A stretch of 64,000 nt of DNA, taken from assembly GCA_963744145.1 (NCBI GenBank), contig CAVUSO010000001.1:4704001-4768000 (forward strand), read 5' to 3'. Of the stretch, positions 17,242 through 27,591 are shown piece by piece. A program made the position numbers and the translations under genes. This DNA is from an uncultured cyanobacterium. GTDB taxonomy: Bacteria; Cyanobacteriota; Cyanobacteriia; Cyanobacteriales; CAWUOF01. Numbering within the stretch: the stretch's first letter is position 1; each line of letters starts with the position of its first letter. Below the pieces are notes generated by a model. The model saw only the letters and a list, made by a program, of their open reading frames with translations, did no database searches and was not told where the DNA came from.

Positions 17242-20200
17242 TCAAGTCTCCTCTAACCAAGTTTGAATCGCAGATAATAAATTGGCTTGATGAGGTGGAA
17301 AGCCTTTTAACGGTGCTTCTAGGGGTTCATTGGTTAGCCAGGCGATCGCCAGGGTATCAGTGAGTTGGTAACAAAAGTCGATCACTTCTGGGGTGGGATG
17401 TTCGCAATGGGTAAGCAGGAGGTTGAGTTTTGGTAAGTTGAAGGTTAATTTGCATTGATCAATGCTATAACATAGGTCAGCGGGGGTGGCAACTCTGGGA
17501 TACATTTGCTCAGGAAATGCTTGTTTCCAGATGCGTCTGCACAGGATTTGGGCAATTTCGCCTTCTCTGGTTTCCGTTGCTAGAATGTCGGCATTGATAC
17601 AAACAATTGGCAGATTTTGCAATTTGATGGAAAGTTCTATCTGTTGATTGTCTAGATTATCAACAGTTGAATTATTTCCCACTGGAATCTGTTCGGTAGT
17701 TTCTGGATGGTAGATAGTGGTGGGATGATGCCATGCTTGATAAAATTGGGGATAGGGAAGTTTCATAGCACAGTCCCAAACAACTTTGTAGCATTGATCA
17801 AATCTGTCAAAGTTACTTTTGTAAACTTCATTACTGAGACAGTCTTTTAAAGCTGAGACAACCCCTGCATATTGTTCAGGTGTGGTTAATATTTTCTCCA
17901 AACTGGATACTACTTGCGAACGAGTAGATTCATCCTCAGTGGTGGCCAGAAGTTTGACTAAAGTGTCGATCAGACCACGGGTATTTTTACTGTCAGTAGT
18001 TGACAGATGTTTGACTAAAGCGGTGAATACTTTCGGATGATGTTTGACTAAAATGGTGAGCGCTTCAAGATTTCGAGCAATTTTCTCAAAAATCTTTGCC
18101 GCTAAACGACGGGTATTTTCACTGTCAGTGATTGACAGATATTTGACTAAAGTAGTGAGCGCTTCCGGACGTTTGACTAAAAAAGCAGTGAGCGCTTCCG
18201 GATTTCGAGCAATTTTCTCAAAAATCTCTATCATTTTCCCCAAAATCTCTGCCGCTTGCCGACGGGTCAATTCATTTTCATTGGTTTTCAGAAGTTTAAC
18301 TAAAGCGGTGAGCGATTCCGGATTTCCTGGAACAATTTTATCCAAACTACCTGCCGCTTTCAAACGGGTTAATACATTTTCACTGGTTTTTAGAATTTCG
18401 ACTAAAGCCGCGATCGCTTCCAGATTTCCTGGAGCAATTTTCCCCAAACTATCTGCCGCTTGCCAACGGATATCTTCATCGTCAGTGGTTGCCAGAATTC
18501 TGACTAAAGCGGTGATCACTGCCTGATTTCCTGGATCAATTTCCTCCAATATTTTTGCCGTTTGCCAACGGGTAAATTCATTGTCAGTAGTTGCCAGAAT
18601 TCTCACTAAAGTGGAGATCGCTTCCAGATTTCCCGGAGCAATTTTCCCCAAACTATCTGCCGCTTGTAAACGGATCAATTCATTTTCACTGTTTTTCAGA
18701 AGTTCGACTAAAGCCGCGATCGCTTCCGGATTTCCTGGCGCAATTTTCTCCAAACTATCTGCCGCTTGCTGACGGGTAGATTTATTGTTAGTGGTTGCCA
18801 GAATTCTGACTAAAGCAGCGATCGCTTCCAGATTTCCTGGAGCAATTTTCCCCAAACTATCTGCCGCTTGCCAACGGATATCTTCATCGTCACTGTTTTT
18901 CAGAAGTTCGACTAAAGCAGTGATCACATCCAGATTTCCTGGAGCAATTTTCCCTAAACTAGATGCTGCTATCTGACAAATAACTTTATTTTCATTGGTT
19001 TTCAGAAGTTCGACTAAAGCAGCGATCACCTTCAGATTTTCTGGAGCAATTTTCCCCAAAATATCTGCCGCTAGACCACAGGTAATAAATTCATTTTTAT
19101 TGGTTTTCAGAAGTTTGACTAAAGCGGTGATCGCTTCCGGATTTCCTGGAGCAATTTGCTTCAAACTATATGCCGCTTGCAAACGACAACGAATAAATGA
19201 TGTATCATTATTGGTTGCCAGAATTCTGACTAAAGCGGCGATCGCTTCCAGATTGCCTAGAGCGATTTCAGCCAAATGCTCTACCGCCTCACTAAAATTA
19301 TCTGGGCAATGTTCGAGGATTTCACTAAGTTTTGTAATAAGTTCTGTAATGGCTAGTTGTCGAATCGTTTCTGGTATTATCTCTCTTGCCTCTGCTTCAA
19401 TTCGATAAAAATAAGTTCTCCATTCCCTTTTCTCAATATTAAAATCACCAAATGCCCATTTAATTACCTGTTTAACAATTTGTGAAGCCAGGGAACAATT
19501 TTTAAATTCATTAATTGCTGCTGCTGCTATAAAATAGGGTTGATATTCATAAAAATCTCTGCATCCATCATCAAAATTTACTAACGCCTGAATCAACCTC
19601 TCCTTTTCCTTATTTTCAATATTCTCACGCCCCACCCACAACAAAATGACATGCTTCCATTGCGGCTGAAAAATCCGATATTCTTTCCCATCAATCGGAA
19701 AATCATCATGATCTTTAGGTAAAAAATAATCCCAATCATCCACTGCCAATGCTGCAAAATACTCCTGAAATGTGGCATGATAAAAGGCATACACTGGCTC
19801 CCTAAGATTTTCGGCTGCTACCCCCACCTCATTTAACCAACCCAACCTTAATGCCTGATCTAAGAGCGAATTCTCATTCCGGTTACCCAAATATTGACAA
19901 ATAAACTGATGGGTTAACCGAAACCTTGTTCCCTCTCCATCTAGGGACGCTTTTGCTAACTTTCCTAAACCTGCATTCAAACTATCTATTTCCGTTTTTG
20001 TCATAGGAAACTCTTTTTTCTTCCAATCATACATATAGTCCACAAAACTCTGATACAGCTCGGCAGTTGTATCGGGTAAACTTCCCTCTTGCCAAATCGA
20101 TGATAATAAGGTTAACCGGAGGGGATTGCGGCATAAATCCTTAATCCGTTCTTTCCCTGGGGTTTGCAGTGCTTCCCACAAAGATTCACCTAACTTCATT

Positions 20201-21363
20201 TCTGGTTTTTCCCCAGACAAACTCCGAAACCACCTTTGGTTAAACTGCTGCATTTGTTCATCCTGAAATGGTTGAGTCAGATAGGTTTGAAAACCCTGTA
20301 ACTGGGATGGGTTACCTTGCCACAGATTCAATCGACAGGAGATGATTAATTGAGATTGTGTCACCCAACCTTGCAACGATAAAGCATCTCTAGCTGTATC
20401 GTTCATTTCATCCAATCCATCCAAGAGTAACCAGACTCTACCCTCCTTAAATTTTTGCTCCCAGTCTGCCTTAATTTCTTCGGTGGGATTTATAAAAGCA
20501 TCTTCCAGCCAAATTTCTTGTAAATAGTCCCCCAAGCGTTTATTACCCAAATTTCCGAGGGATATCCAAATCACTAAATCATCGGTTTCTTCTAATAACC
20601 AAAATGCTAATTTCTGTAATAAAGTAGTTTTTCCGGCTCCGGGTTCCCCACTAATAACAAGATTTTTTTGTTTCCCTTGGCTAAGTACTTCCTGGAGAAA
20701 CTCACCGTAGGTAAACCGTTTTTCCACTTCCTGTCGATCATAAAATTCCGAACCGCGCTCTGGAGCGATATCTTGTTTGTGTGCTTCATGGTGATGGGGC
20801 TTCAGTTTAACCAGTGCTAAATCAATAAATAATTCTTCTTCAACTAAATTCCGATTAAACTGGGCTTTTAATAAACTATTACTGCTTAACTGTTTATGAC
20901 TTTCCAACATCCGTAGACAAACATCTTGCCACTCCTCAAGTTTTAGTTGGCGATTTTCTCCTATGTTGATATCAATTGATGGCAAATTTATTTCGTTTTC
21001 AGATTGCCATTGCGGATATTTTTCGTTCCAAAGCCAATTAAAAATATCTCGCCAGGCTTCTTGTCCTTTCGGTGGTCTTGCTTTCTTTCTTTTTTGGCTT
21101 CCTGGGTTTATTGTTTGCGAAGAAATCGGACAATCTTGATTGTCATAAAATTTTTGACAAATGGTCTCTACGTGGTATGTAATACTTTGTTGTATATGCA
21201 ATACTTTTTTTTCTTCTTCAACAATACTTTTTAGGAGAGTCATATTTTCCTTATGTTCATTCTCTTTATCGAACCTTAGCAGAAACATTTTTTCTTTTTT
21301 TTCTGTAATGCCATATTGTCTAGCAATTGTTTTGAGAAAAACCTGCTCTCGTGACTGTTTCAT
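17242..21363 (-). CDS. NACHT NTPase with a HEAT-repeat array and a C-terminal alpha/beta (NCAB1-like) domain; NLR-like
   Basis: Walker A GEPGAGKTT, Walker B LLLDGLDE, NPLRL and FYHATFQEYFAA. About 34-aa repeats (AADSLGKIAPGNxEAIxALVxLL). ATG 21363 preferred over the ORF-track start at 21423. Confidence 0.9.
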   Translation of the reverse strand: MKQSREQVFLKTIARQYGITEKKEKMFLLRFDKENEHKENMTLLKSIVEEEKKVLHIQQSITYHVETICQKFYDNQDCPISSQTINPGSQKRKKARPPKGQEAWRDIFNWLWNEKYPQWQSENEINLPSIDINIGENRQLKLEEWQDVCLRMLESHKQLSSNSLLKAQFNRNLVEEELFIDLALVKLKPHHHEAHKQDIAPERGSEFYDRQEVEKRFTYGEFLQEVLSQGKQKNLVISGEPGAGKTTLLQKLAFWLLEETDDLVIWISLGNLGNKRLGDYLQEIWLEDAFINPTEEIKADWEQKFKEGRVWLLLDGLDEMNDTARDALSLQGWVTQSQLIISCRLNLWQGNPSQLQGFQTYLTQPFQDEQMQQFNQRWFRSLSGEKPEMKLGESLWEALQTPGKERIKDLCRNPLRLTLLSSIWQEGSLPDTTAELYQSFVDYMYDWKKKEFPMTKTEIDSLNAGLGKLAKASLDGEGTRFRLTHQFICQYLGNRNENSLLDQALRLGWLNEVGVAAENLREPVYAFYHATFQEYFAALAVDDWDYFLPKDHDDFPIDGKEYRIFQPQWKHVILLWVGRENIENKEKERLIQALVNFDDGCRDFYEYQPYFIAAAAINEFKNCSLASQIVKQVIKWAFGDFNIEKREWRTYFYRIEAEAREIIPETIRQLAITELITKLSEILEHCPDNFSEAVEHLAEIALGNLEAIAALVRILATNNDTSFIRCRLQAAYSLKQIAPGNPEAITALVKLLKTNKNEFITCGLAADILGKIAPENLKVIAALVELLKTNENKVICQIAASSLGKIAPGNLDVITALVELLKNSDDEDIRWQAADSLGKIAPGNLEAIAALVRILATTNNKSTRQQAADSLEKIAPGNPEAIAALVELLKNSENELIRLQAADSLGKIAPGNLEAISTLVRILATTDNEFTRWQTAKILEEIDPGNQAVITALVRILATTDDEDIRWQAADSLGKIAPGNLEAIAALVEILKTSENVLTRLKAAGSLDKIVPGNPESLTALVKLLKTNENELTRRQAAEILGKMIEIFEKIARNPEALTAFLVKRPEALTTLVKYLSITDSENTRRLAAKIFEKIARNLEALTILVKHHPKVFTALVKHLSTTDSKNTRGLIDTLVKLLATTEDESTRSQVVSSLEKILTTPEQYAGVVSALKDCLSNEVYKSNFDRFDQCYKVVWDCAMKLPYPQFYQAWHHPTTIYHPETTEQIPVGNNSTVDNLDNQQIELSIKLQNLPIVCINADILATETREGEIAQILCRRIWKQAFPEQMYPRVATPADLCYSIDQCKLTFNLPKLNLLLTHCEHPTPEVIDFCYQLTDTLAIAWLTNEPLEAPLKGFPPHQANLLSAIQTWLEET

Positions 21364-21443
21364 ATTCCCTTCACTGCTTTTTACCTTAGCACTGATTGTA
21401 ATTAAAGTGGAAGAAAATGTCAAGAGGAATCCATAAAAATCAT

Positions 21444-21487
21444 TAAATAGAAAATTTCTATTTAATTTCTATTTAATTTCTATTATT
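21444..21487. repeat. Palindrome plus 11-bp tandem repeats in a divergent promoter region
   Basis: TAAATAGAAAATTTCTATTTA followed by repeated ATTTCTATTTA units. Confidence 0.55.
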
Positions 21488-21550
21488 TGCCTAATTTACT
21501 CTCTATTTAAGTTTTTGATAGTTTGGCATTGTCGAATTCAAATAACAATT

Positions 21551-21910
21551 ATGCAGCATATTACAGACATTCTTCCCAAGGTCACAGCTAACTCTCTCGC
21601 TGTAAATAACAGACTGATTGTAGAAAATGCGATCGCCATGTCTAAAGTAACCGTTAATCCCTTGCTCTATTCCCTTGTTTGTCAAGTGCCTACTACCAAG
21701 CTTTCCAAAACCAAACTGCACATCCATAAAATAATCAAACCATGTAGCGGTTACAATGGTTCTCTCTCTAACCGAAATTGGCTTGATCCCAAAGCTAATC
21801 GCTGGTATCCTGAACCTACTCCACAACTTTGCAAACGTCCTCCGCAATGGTTAAATCCTTGGGAGAAAGTGCGATCGCGATCGAAGTTCTTACCCAGAAT
21901 TTCATGTTAA
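21551..21910 (+). CDS. Hypothetical protein divergent from the NACHT gene
   Basis: ORF with ATG at 21551, followed by a hairpin at about 21955-21990. Confidence 0.45.
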   Translation: MQHITDILPKVTANSLAVNNRLIVENAIAMSKVTVNPLLYSLVCQVPTTKLSKTKLHIHKIIKPCSGYNGSLSNRNWLDPKANRWYPEPTPQLCKRPPQWLNPWEKVRSRSKFLPRISC

Positions 21911-22037
21911 TCATCCCGACGGATTGATTTTTACTTCCCCACTCTTCTTAGAAAAATAGGGCTGTTCTATTCATAAGGAATAGCCCTTTTCCTCTCAAAT
22001 TATTAACTTGATTAACTAACTTTTAGGTAAATCATCA

Positions 22038-22256
22038 ATGTTGTTCATTAAAGAAAAACCGGAATTATTTCCTCAAGCGATCGAGGGAATAGTGACCGAA
22101 CAAATTTCGTCAGTGCAACCGGGAAGAATCAAATGTGTAGGAACTTATTGGCCCGCACGACTTTATCAGATGGAATCTCCTATCACCCTAATACCTGAGC
22201 AAGTAGTCTCCGTTGTGGGTCGTATAGGTATTACATTGCTAGTCATACCCCAATAG
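22038..22256 (+). CDS. NfeD-like C-terminal OB-fold small protein
   Basis: GRIKCVGTYWPAR and VSVVGRIGITLLV. Confidence 0.8.
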   Translation: MLFIKEKPELFPQAIEGIVTEQISSVQPGRIKCVGTYWPARLYQMESPITLIPEQVVSVVGRIGITLLVIPQ

Positions 22257-22269
22257 GTTTCAGTTAATT

Positions 22270-22312
22270 GTAGGGGCGTTCGCGCAGCGTGCCGTAGAGT
22301 AAACGCCCCTAC
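22270..22312. repeat. GTAG-type REP hairpin
   Basis: GTAGGGGCGTT...AACGCCCCTAC. The internal TTCGCG.AGCGTGCCGTAG unit recurs at 52990. Confidence 0.65.
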
Positions 22313-22414
22313 AGGTAACTTGCATTGGTTTATGAATCTTATGCTTTAGAGGCTATACGTTGATGTTGGCTGTTTTTAGCTAACTATTATAGTTGATCTG
22401 TTGGCTTTATCTAT

Positions 22415-23395
22415 TTAATATCCCCGCTGATTAAACCAATCTACAGCATCTTTTAATGCGATCGTAATCGGTGTTTGTGATAATCCTAGTTCTTGAACTG
22501 CTTTACTAGCATCATAATACATCGGTTCGATTGCCATTCGCACTCCATCTAAAGGAATTGAGGGAGTTTTACCTAAGTTCGCGAGAATTTTTTCGTCAAT
22601 CCAAGCAATGCTTAAGGGTAACCAATGGGGTACGGATTGCTGTGGTGCTTTTAATCCAGTAATTTGCTCTAAGTAATCTAATAGTGTTTTGAGAGTCATA
22701 TTTTCATAACCCAGAATATATCGATCGCCCGTTTTTCCTTTTTTCCAAGCTAGCAAATGTCCTCTAGCGACATCACGCACATCGATAAAATTTAACCCTG
22801 TATTTACATAAAATGGCATTTGTCTTCGCAAAAAACGTAAAATAATATCTCCGGTTGGAGTTGGTTTAATATCCCAAGGTCCAATGGGACTGCTAGGATT
22901 GACGATTACCACATCTTGTCCAGATTCTACTGCTTGAAATGCTGCTTGTTCAGCCAGAAATTTAGACTTTTTGTAGTGACCGACTAAGTCCTCTAACTTG
23001 CTTTGATAACTTTCTGTTGCGATCGCTCCTTTTTTAACTCCAATTGCCGCGACTGAGCTAGTATAAACTACACGCTCAACTCCAGCTTGACGAGCTGCAC
23101 TTAAGACATTTTTTGTTCCTAATACATTATGACGATAAAGTAAATCCCGATCGGTTTGCCATAAGGAATAATAAGCAGCAACATGAAAAACACATTCACA
23201 ATCTAGCATTTGCTGCCATAAATTTTGATCATTTAGATCCCCAGTCACTATTTCTACGGTTAGATTCTGCAAGTTATCGAGAACACTGTGAGGACGAACT
23301 AAACATTTGACAGTGTAACCTTCATTTAATAACAATCGGACTAAATTGGCACCAATAAAACCCGTACCACCAGTGACAAAAACTTTCTTAGTCAT
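22415..23395 (-). CDS. hpnA: Hopanoid-associated NAD-dependent epimerase/dehydratase
   Basis: VTGGTGFIG, FHVAAYY, YKKSK and GPWDIKPTPTG motifs. Confidence 0.88.
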   Translation of the reverse strand: MTKKVFVTGGTGFIGANLVRLLLNEGYTVKCLVRPHSVLDNLQNLTVEIVTGDLNDQNLWQQMLDCECVFHVAAYYSLWQTDRDLLYRHNVLGTKNVLSAARQAGVERVVYTSSVAAIGVKKGAIATESYQSKLEDLVGHYKKSKFLAEQAAFQAVESGQDVVIVNPSSPIGPWDIKPTPTGDIILRFLRRQMPFYVNTGLNFIDVRDVARGHLLAWKKGKTGDRYILGYENMTLKTLLDYLEQITGLKAPQQSVPHWLPLSIAWIDEKILANLGKTPSIPLDGVRMAIEPMYYDASKAVQELGLSQTPITIALKDAVDWFNQRGY

Positions 23396-26148
23396 GAGGA
23401 TTTTGACGATTGATTTTTCCCAAACCGAGGATAGATTTTATCTACCACAGCATACATCACCGGAATGACAAATAAACTTAGTATAGTTGATGTTACCAAA
23501 CCACCAGCGATCGAGACAGCCATAGGCGATCGCAATTCTGAACCTGCACCGAGACCTAAAGCAATGGGCACCATCCCTAAAATTGTAGCCGCAGTTGTCA
23601 TCATAATCGGTCTCAGACGTACAGGTCCTGCGGTAAGGATCGCTTCATGACAATCTAATCCGGTCTTGCGTAACTGATTAATATAATCTACCAACAAAAT
23701 TCCATTTTTATTGGTTAATCCCAGCAAAAAGATAAAACCAATCAGTGAGATCATGCCAAAATCACTTTTAGTCAAATATAACGCTAACATCGCTCCGACT
23801 AAAGACAATGGTAAAGAAAACGCAATAATTAACGGATCAACCAAACTTTTGAATAACAAAATTAGCACTACCAGAATCGACAAAACCGAGAGTGCTGAAG
23901 TAGTGCCAAAACTACCAAATATTTCCCCAATTCGGGCTGAATCGCTACCCAAATCTAACTTCACACCTGGAGGTAAAATTGGTTTTGCTTGAGCAACAAT
24001 CTGATCGGTAGCATCTCCGAGACTTAAATCTTTGCTTAAATTAGCAGATACATAAGCTACTCGTCGAGCATTTAAGTGTTGGATTTCAAATACATTACCT
24101 TTACCATTTTCTTCACCTGTCGCAGTTACATCAGCAAATCCGGGCAATTTTTTCATTTGCTCTTTAATATCTTTAGCTGCTTGACTGAGGGATTTTAGAT
24201 CATCACCTTGTAAGGCAATTTGGAGAGGTTTTTGACCACCAGTATCTACAAATTGAATATCTTCGACACTGGTATTCACCCCAGCTAAATTCGGTAATTG
24301 TTGCCGAATTTGGTCTTGTACTGCTACAGTTGATCTTGTGCGATCGCTTTTAAGTTTAATATAGAGAGTACCTTTATTTGGTTCACCTTCACGGGAACCA
24401 ACGATGGTAAAAATTTTGTCTACTTCTGGTGATTTGCTCACCACATCTTCGAGTTTTTTTGCTACCTCAAGTGAATCATTTAAAGGATTGGGCATGACGA
24501 TTTGCGATTTCAAATAATCCTCAGCTGATTCAGGAGGTATATCTGAATTGTCCGGTTCTGCGCTATTTGATTGGGAAAGGTCTTGACTTAATTCCTGTTG
24601 AGCAAAAGTTGGCAATGGTGCAGTATAAACAATATTAAATTCTCCCCGATCAAGTTTCGGAATAAACCCTTTTGGAATCAGAGGAATCATCCCCATCCCA
24701 GCAATAAAACTGGATATAGCTAAGGCAATTACTATCTTTTTGTGATTTAATGACCATTGTAATAAATTTCGATAAATATGAGCAATATTTTTGCCTAAAA
24801 TTCCTTCTTGATGAGCAGATTGATGGGGATTTTGTTTAAGCCAAAAAACAGCTAATACTGGTGATAAAGTTCGAGAAACTAGCAAAGAAATGAGTAGTGC
24901 TGCGGAGACAGTCACCCCAAACGGTTTAAAAAATTGACCAATTAGACCACTCATTAATGCGATCGGCATAAATACAGCTACAGCAGTTAAGGTTGCTGCT
25001 GTAACAGTTAAACCAATTTCATTAGTAGCAGTAATTGCCGCTTGTCGAGGTGGTTCACCCAATTCTAAATGTCGAGTAATATTTTCCACATCAACAATCG
25101 CATCATCGACAATAATCCCAATTACTAATGCTAGGGCTAATAAAGTAATAGTTTCTAAATTGAAACCATAACTTGCCATAATCATAAACGTTCCCAATAG
25201 AGAAGTTGGAATCGCTAGAGCCGAAATAAAAGTAGCTCTCCAATTCCACAAAAATGGAAATATAACAATTACCGATAAGACAATCGCTTCAATTAAAGCA
25301 TCAATAGTAGATTGGGTAGCTTGACGAATATATTCTGCTTGGGTTGCTGCTAAGTGTAATCGCACATTGGGCAACTGAGATTGTAATCTTCCGACGGCTT
25401 TTTCTACTTCAGAGACAACATCTAAAGTATTAGCATTACCACGTTTAATCACCTGAAAAGCTAAAGCTTCTTTACCATTAAATCTAACTAATGTTGGTGG
25501 TTGTTGAGGATTGGGAGGAGGAATTTCTGATTTGGCAGTTGGAGGATTATTATTATTCTGAGACCCTAAATCGGCTTCATTAGTACCGAGCAGAATAACT
25601 TTCAGCACTCCAGTCAAATTAGTAATTGCAGGTACAATTTGCGATCGCGCGGTTTTAGTTAGTTCGGTCAGATTCTGAGTGGAACTCTCAATCGTATAAC
25701 TAATAGCAGCTGACTCATTCAGATTGAGCGGAATAATTTTAAAAGCTGCTCCCTTGGGTAAAGTCAACTGGTTCAGTTTTTTTTCCACTTGATGACTCGA
25801 CTCTTCTAGGTTTGTCCCCACAATAAAAGCCACACTAATGGCACTTTGACCCGGATAACTAGAAGAATGGATGTCATCTAGTCCATTCAGAGATTGGAGT
25901 TGCTGTTCGATCGGTTGCGTCAGTTTTGCTTCTGTATCCAGAGCAGTATTAAAAGGACCAGTCGCGTTTACCACCACTACCGGAAAGGTAATATCTGGAA
26001 ACAGCGCGTATTTAAGGGAGGTAAAAGCCAAAAATCCTGCTACAGTTACAGCAATCCAAAACCCCAGAGTTAACCAGGGATAGGCGATCGCTAATCGAGA
26101 AATATTAAATTGTTCTCTGAGGGATGCACTGTCATTTGACTTAGCCAT
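23392..26148 (-). CDS. RND (AcrB/AcrD/AcrF family) efflux transporter permease, short form
   Basis: GIIVDDAIVDVENI, KNGILLVDY and RLRPIMMTT motifs with multiple TM segments. Confidence 0.92.
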   Translation of the reverse strand: MAKSNDSASLREQFNISRLAIAYPWLTLGFWIAVTVAGFLAFTSLKYALFPDITFPVVVVNATGPFNTALDTEAKLTQPIEQQLQSLNGLDDIHSSSYPGQSAISVAFIVGTNLEESSHQVEKKLNQLTLPKGAAFKIIPLNLNESAAISYTIESSTQNLTELTKTARSQIVPAITNLTGVLKVILLGTNEADLGSQNNNNPPTAKSEIPPPNPQQPPTLVRFNGKEALAFQVIKRGNANTLDVVSEVEKAVGRLQSQLPNVRLHLAATQAEYIRQATQSTIDALIEAIVLSVIVIFPFLWNWRATFISALAIPTSLLGTFMIMASYGFNLETITLLALALVIGIIVDDAIVDVENITRHLELGEPPRQAAITATNEIGLTVTAATLTAVAVFMPIALMSGLIGQFFKPFGVTVSAALLISLLVSRTLSPVLAVFWLKQNPHQSAHQEGILGKNIAHIYRNLLQWSLNHKKIVIALAISSFIAGMGMIPLIPKGFIPKLDRGEFNIVYTAPLPTFAQQELSQDLSQSNSAEPDNSDIPPESAEDYLKSQIVMPNPLNDSLEVAKKLEDVVSKSPEVDKIFTIVGSREGEPNKGTLYIKLKSDRTRSTVAVQDQIRQQLPNLAGVNTSVEDIQFVDTGGQKPLQIALQGDDLKSLSQAAKDIKEQMKKLPGFADVTATGEENGKGNVFEIQHLNARRVAYVSANLSKDLSLGDATDQIVAQAKPILPPGVKLDLGSDSARIGEIFGSFGTTSALSVLSILVVLILLFKSLVDPLIIAFSLPLSLVGAMLALYLTKSDFGMISLIGFIFLLGLTNKNGILLVDYINQLRKTGLDCHEAILTAGPVRLRPIMMTTAATILGMVPIALGLGAGSELRSPMAVSIAGGLVTSTILSLFVIPVMYAVVDKIYPRFGKNQSSKSS

Positions 26149-26245
26149 TTGAGGAAATTATTGCACCAAGTATTAAGGGTAGTAGTTATACTAGCGTCCT
26201 GAGAGTAGTTTTGTTACTTTAGTTGATTTATCGGGGACATGAGTA

Positions 26246-27103
26246 ATGAAAATCGGATCTGAAGCCCATAAACAGTTGTTCTGTCAAAGCTTTCTAGAGA
26301 GTTACCTGGAATATGAACCCCAAGCTTTAGCTTGGCCCAATTTAGATCAGGTGACCCTCGATCGCTTACGCAGTATTCCTTTTTGGGAAGAAGCTCTGTA
26401 TACTGAACGTACTGCTGGGGTTATGGTGAGTAGTTTTGCCGAAACCATCGATGACCCCATGATTAAAACCGCGATCGCACTTCAAGGAAAAGAGGAAACT
26501 CGTCACGGTCAGATGCTCGAATTTTTGGTTAATCATTATGATATCAAGATCGGCGATCGCCAGGTTTTGCCAATTCCCGACCAGATCGAACAAGCGTTTA
26601 TCAGTTTTGGGTATTCCGAGTGTCTTGATTCTTTCTTTGCTTTTGGTTTATTTGAAATTGCCCGTCAATCTAGGATATTTCCCGAAGCATTTTTTACGAT
26701 TTTCGATCCTATTCTAGACGAAGAAGCCCGTCATATTGTTTTTTTTGTCAATTGGGTAGCTTATTTACAAGCTAATCGTGGTCGGGGTGCTAGAATTTTC
26801 CGAGCAGCCCATTCTCTCTGGAATTATGGTGGAGCATTGCGTCATCTTTTTGACATTATCAGCGGTACTGGACCACAAAATGAAGGATTTACCGCCACTA
26901 GCGCTGATAGTTTTGATCTTGATATCACACCAGAGATTTTTCTCTCTACCTGTGTGCAAGAAAATAAACGACGGATGAGTAAATATGATCCCCAACTACT
27001 TCAACCGGAACTATTACCGAGATTAGCAACAGTGGCTCAACAAACACTGAACTTATGGCCAAAAAAAGCCCAAGCTGCCAATCATCGCACCCAACTAAAT
27101 TAA
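26246..27103 (+). CDS. Ferritin-like (di-iron) domain protein
   Basis: Two ExxH motifs (EETRH, EEARH). Confidence 0.8.
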   Translation: MKIGSEAHKQLFCQSFLESYLEYEPQALAWPNLDQVTLDRLRSIPFWEEALYTERTAGVMVSSFAETIDDPMIKTAIALQGKEETRHGQMLEFLVNHYDIKIGDRQVLPIPDQIEQAFISFGYSECLDSFFAFGLFEIARQSRIFPEAFFTIFDPILDEEARHIVFFVNWVAYLQANRGRGARIFRAAHSLWNYGGALRHLFDIISGTGPQNEGFTATSADSFDLDITPEIFLSTCVQENKRRMSKYDPQLLQPELLPRLATVAQQTLNLWPKKAQAANHRTQLN

Positions 27104-27111
27104 ATCGCTTA

Positions 27112-27279
27112 TACCAATTCTTGATCAAGCTGCATAGAATTGATCCCCCCAGCCCCCTTAAAAAGGGGGAGCAATCCCCCCAGCCCCCTTAAAAAGGGGG
27201 AGCCGGAATTCTTAAAGTCCCCCTTTTTAAGGAGGATTTAGGGGGATCGGGATCTGTGCAACTTCACATTAAATTGGTA
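27112..27279. mobile_element. MITE with TACCAATT ends, TTA target duplication and CCCCCTTAAAAAGGGGG cargo
   Basis: TTA|TACCAATT...AATTGGTA|TTA. Internal duplicated ATCCCCCCAGCCCCCTTAAAAAGGGGGAGC. Confidence 0.8.
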
Positions 27280-27591
27280 TTAATAGTAGGAACGTGATTT
27301 AATCAGGATACGTTCCTACCAAAATCGGATATCGCGATCGCTCCTAAGTCTGATCTAGGCGAGCGTGATCAAAAATAACTCTGATTAGAGAAATATAGTT
27401 TTCATTATTTAATATTTAAGATATCTTAAAGTTAAGGTCTATAAACATTAACTTAATCATAATATAAATAACATAAAGTTAATCATAGTTAAACTGTTAA
27501 CACCATTAATAAAAATCCAAAAAAAGTGTTATTTATAGACATAAAATATATCAAAAAATATGTTAAATCTATAAAAGCACAAAAAAAATCT

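Noticed and set aside
18044..19408. Several + strand ORFs with repeated sequence
   Set aside because: They are antisense shadows of the HEAT-repeat array.
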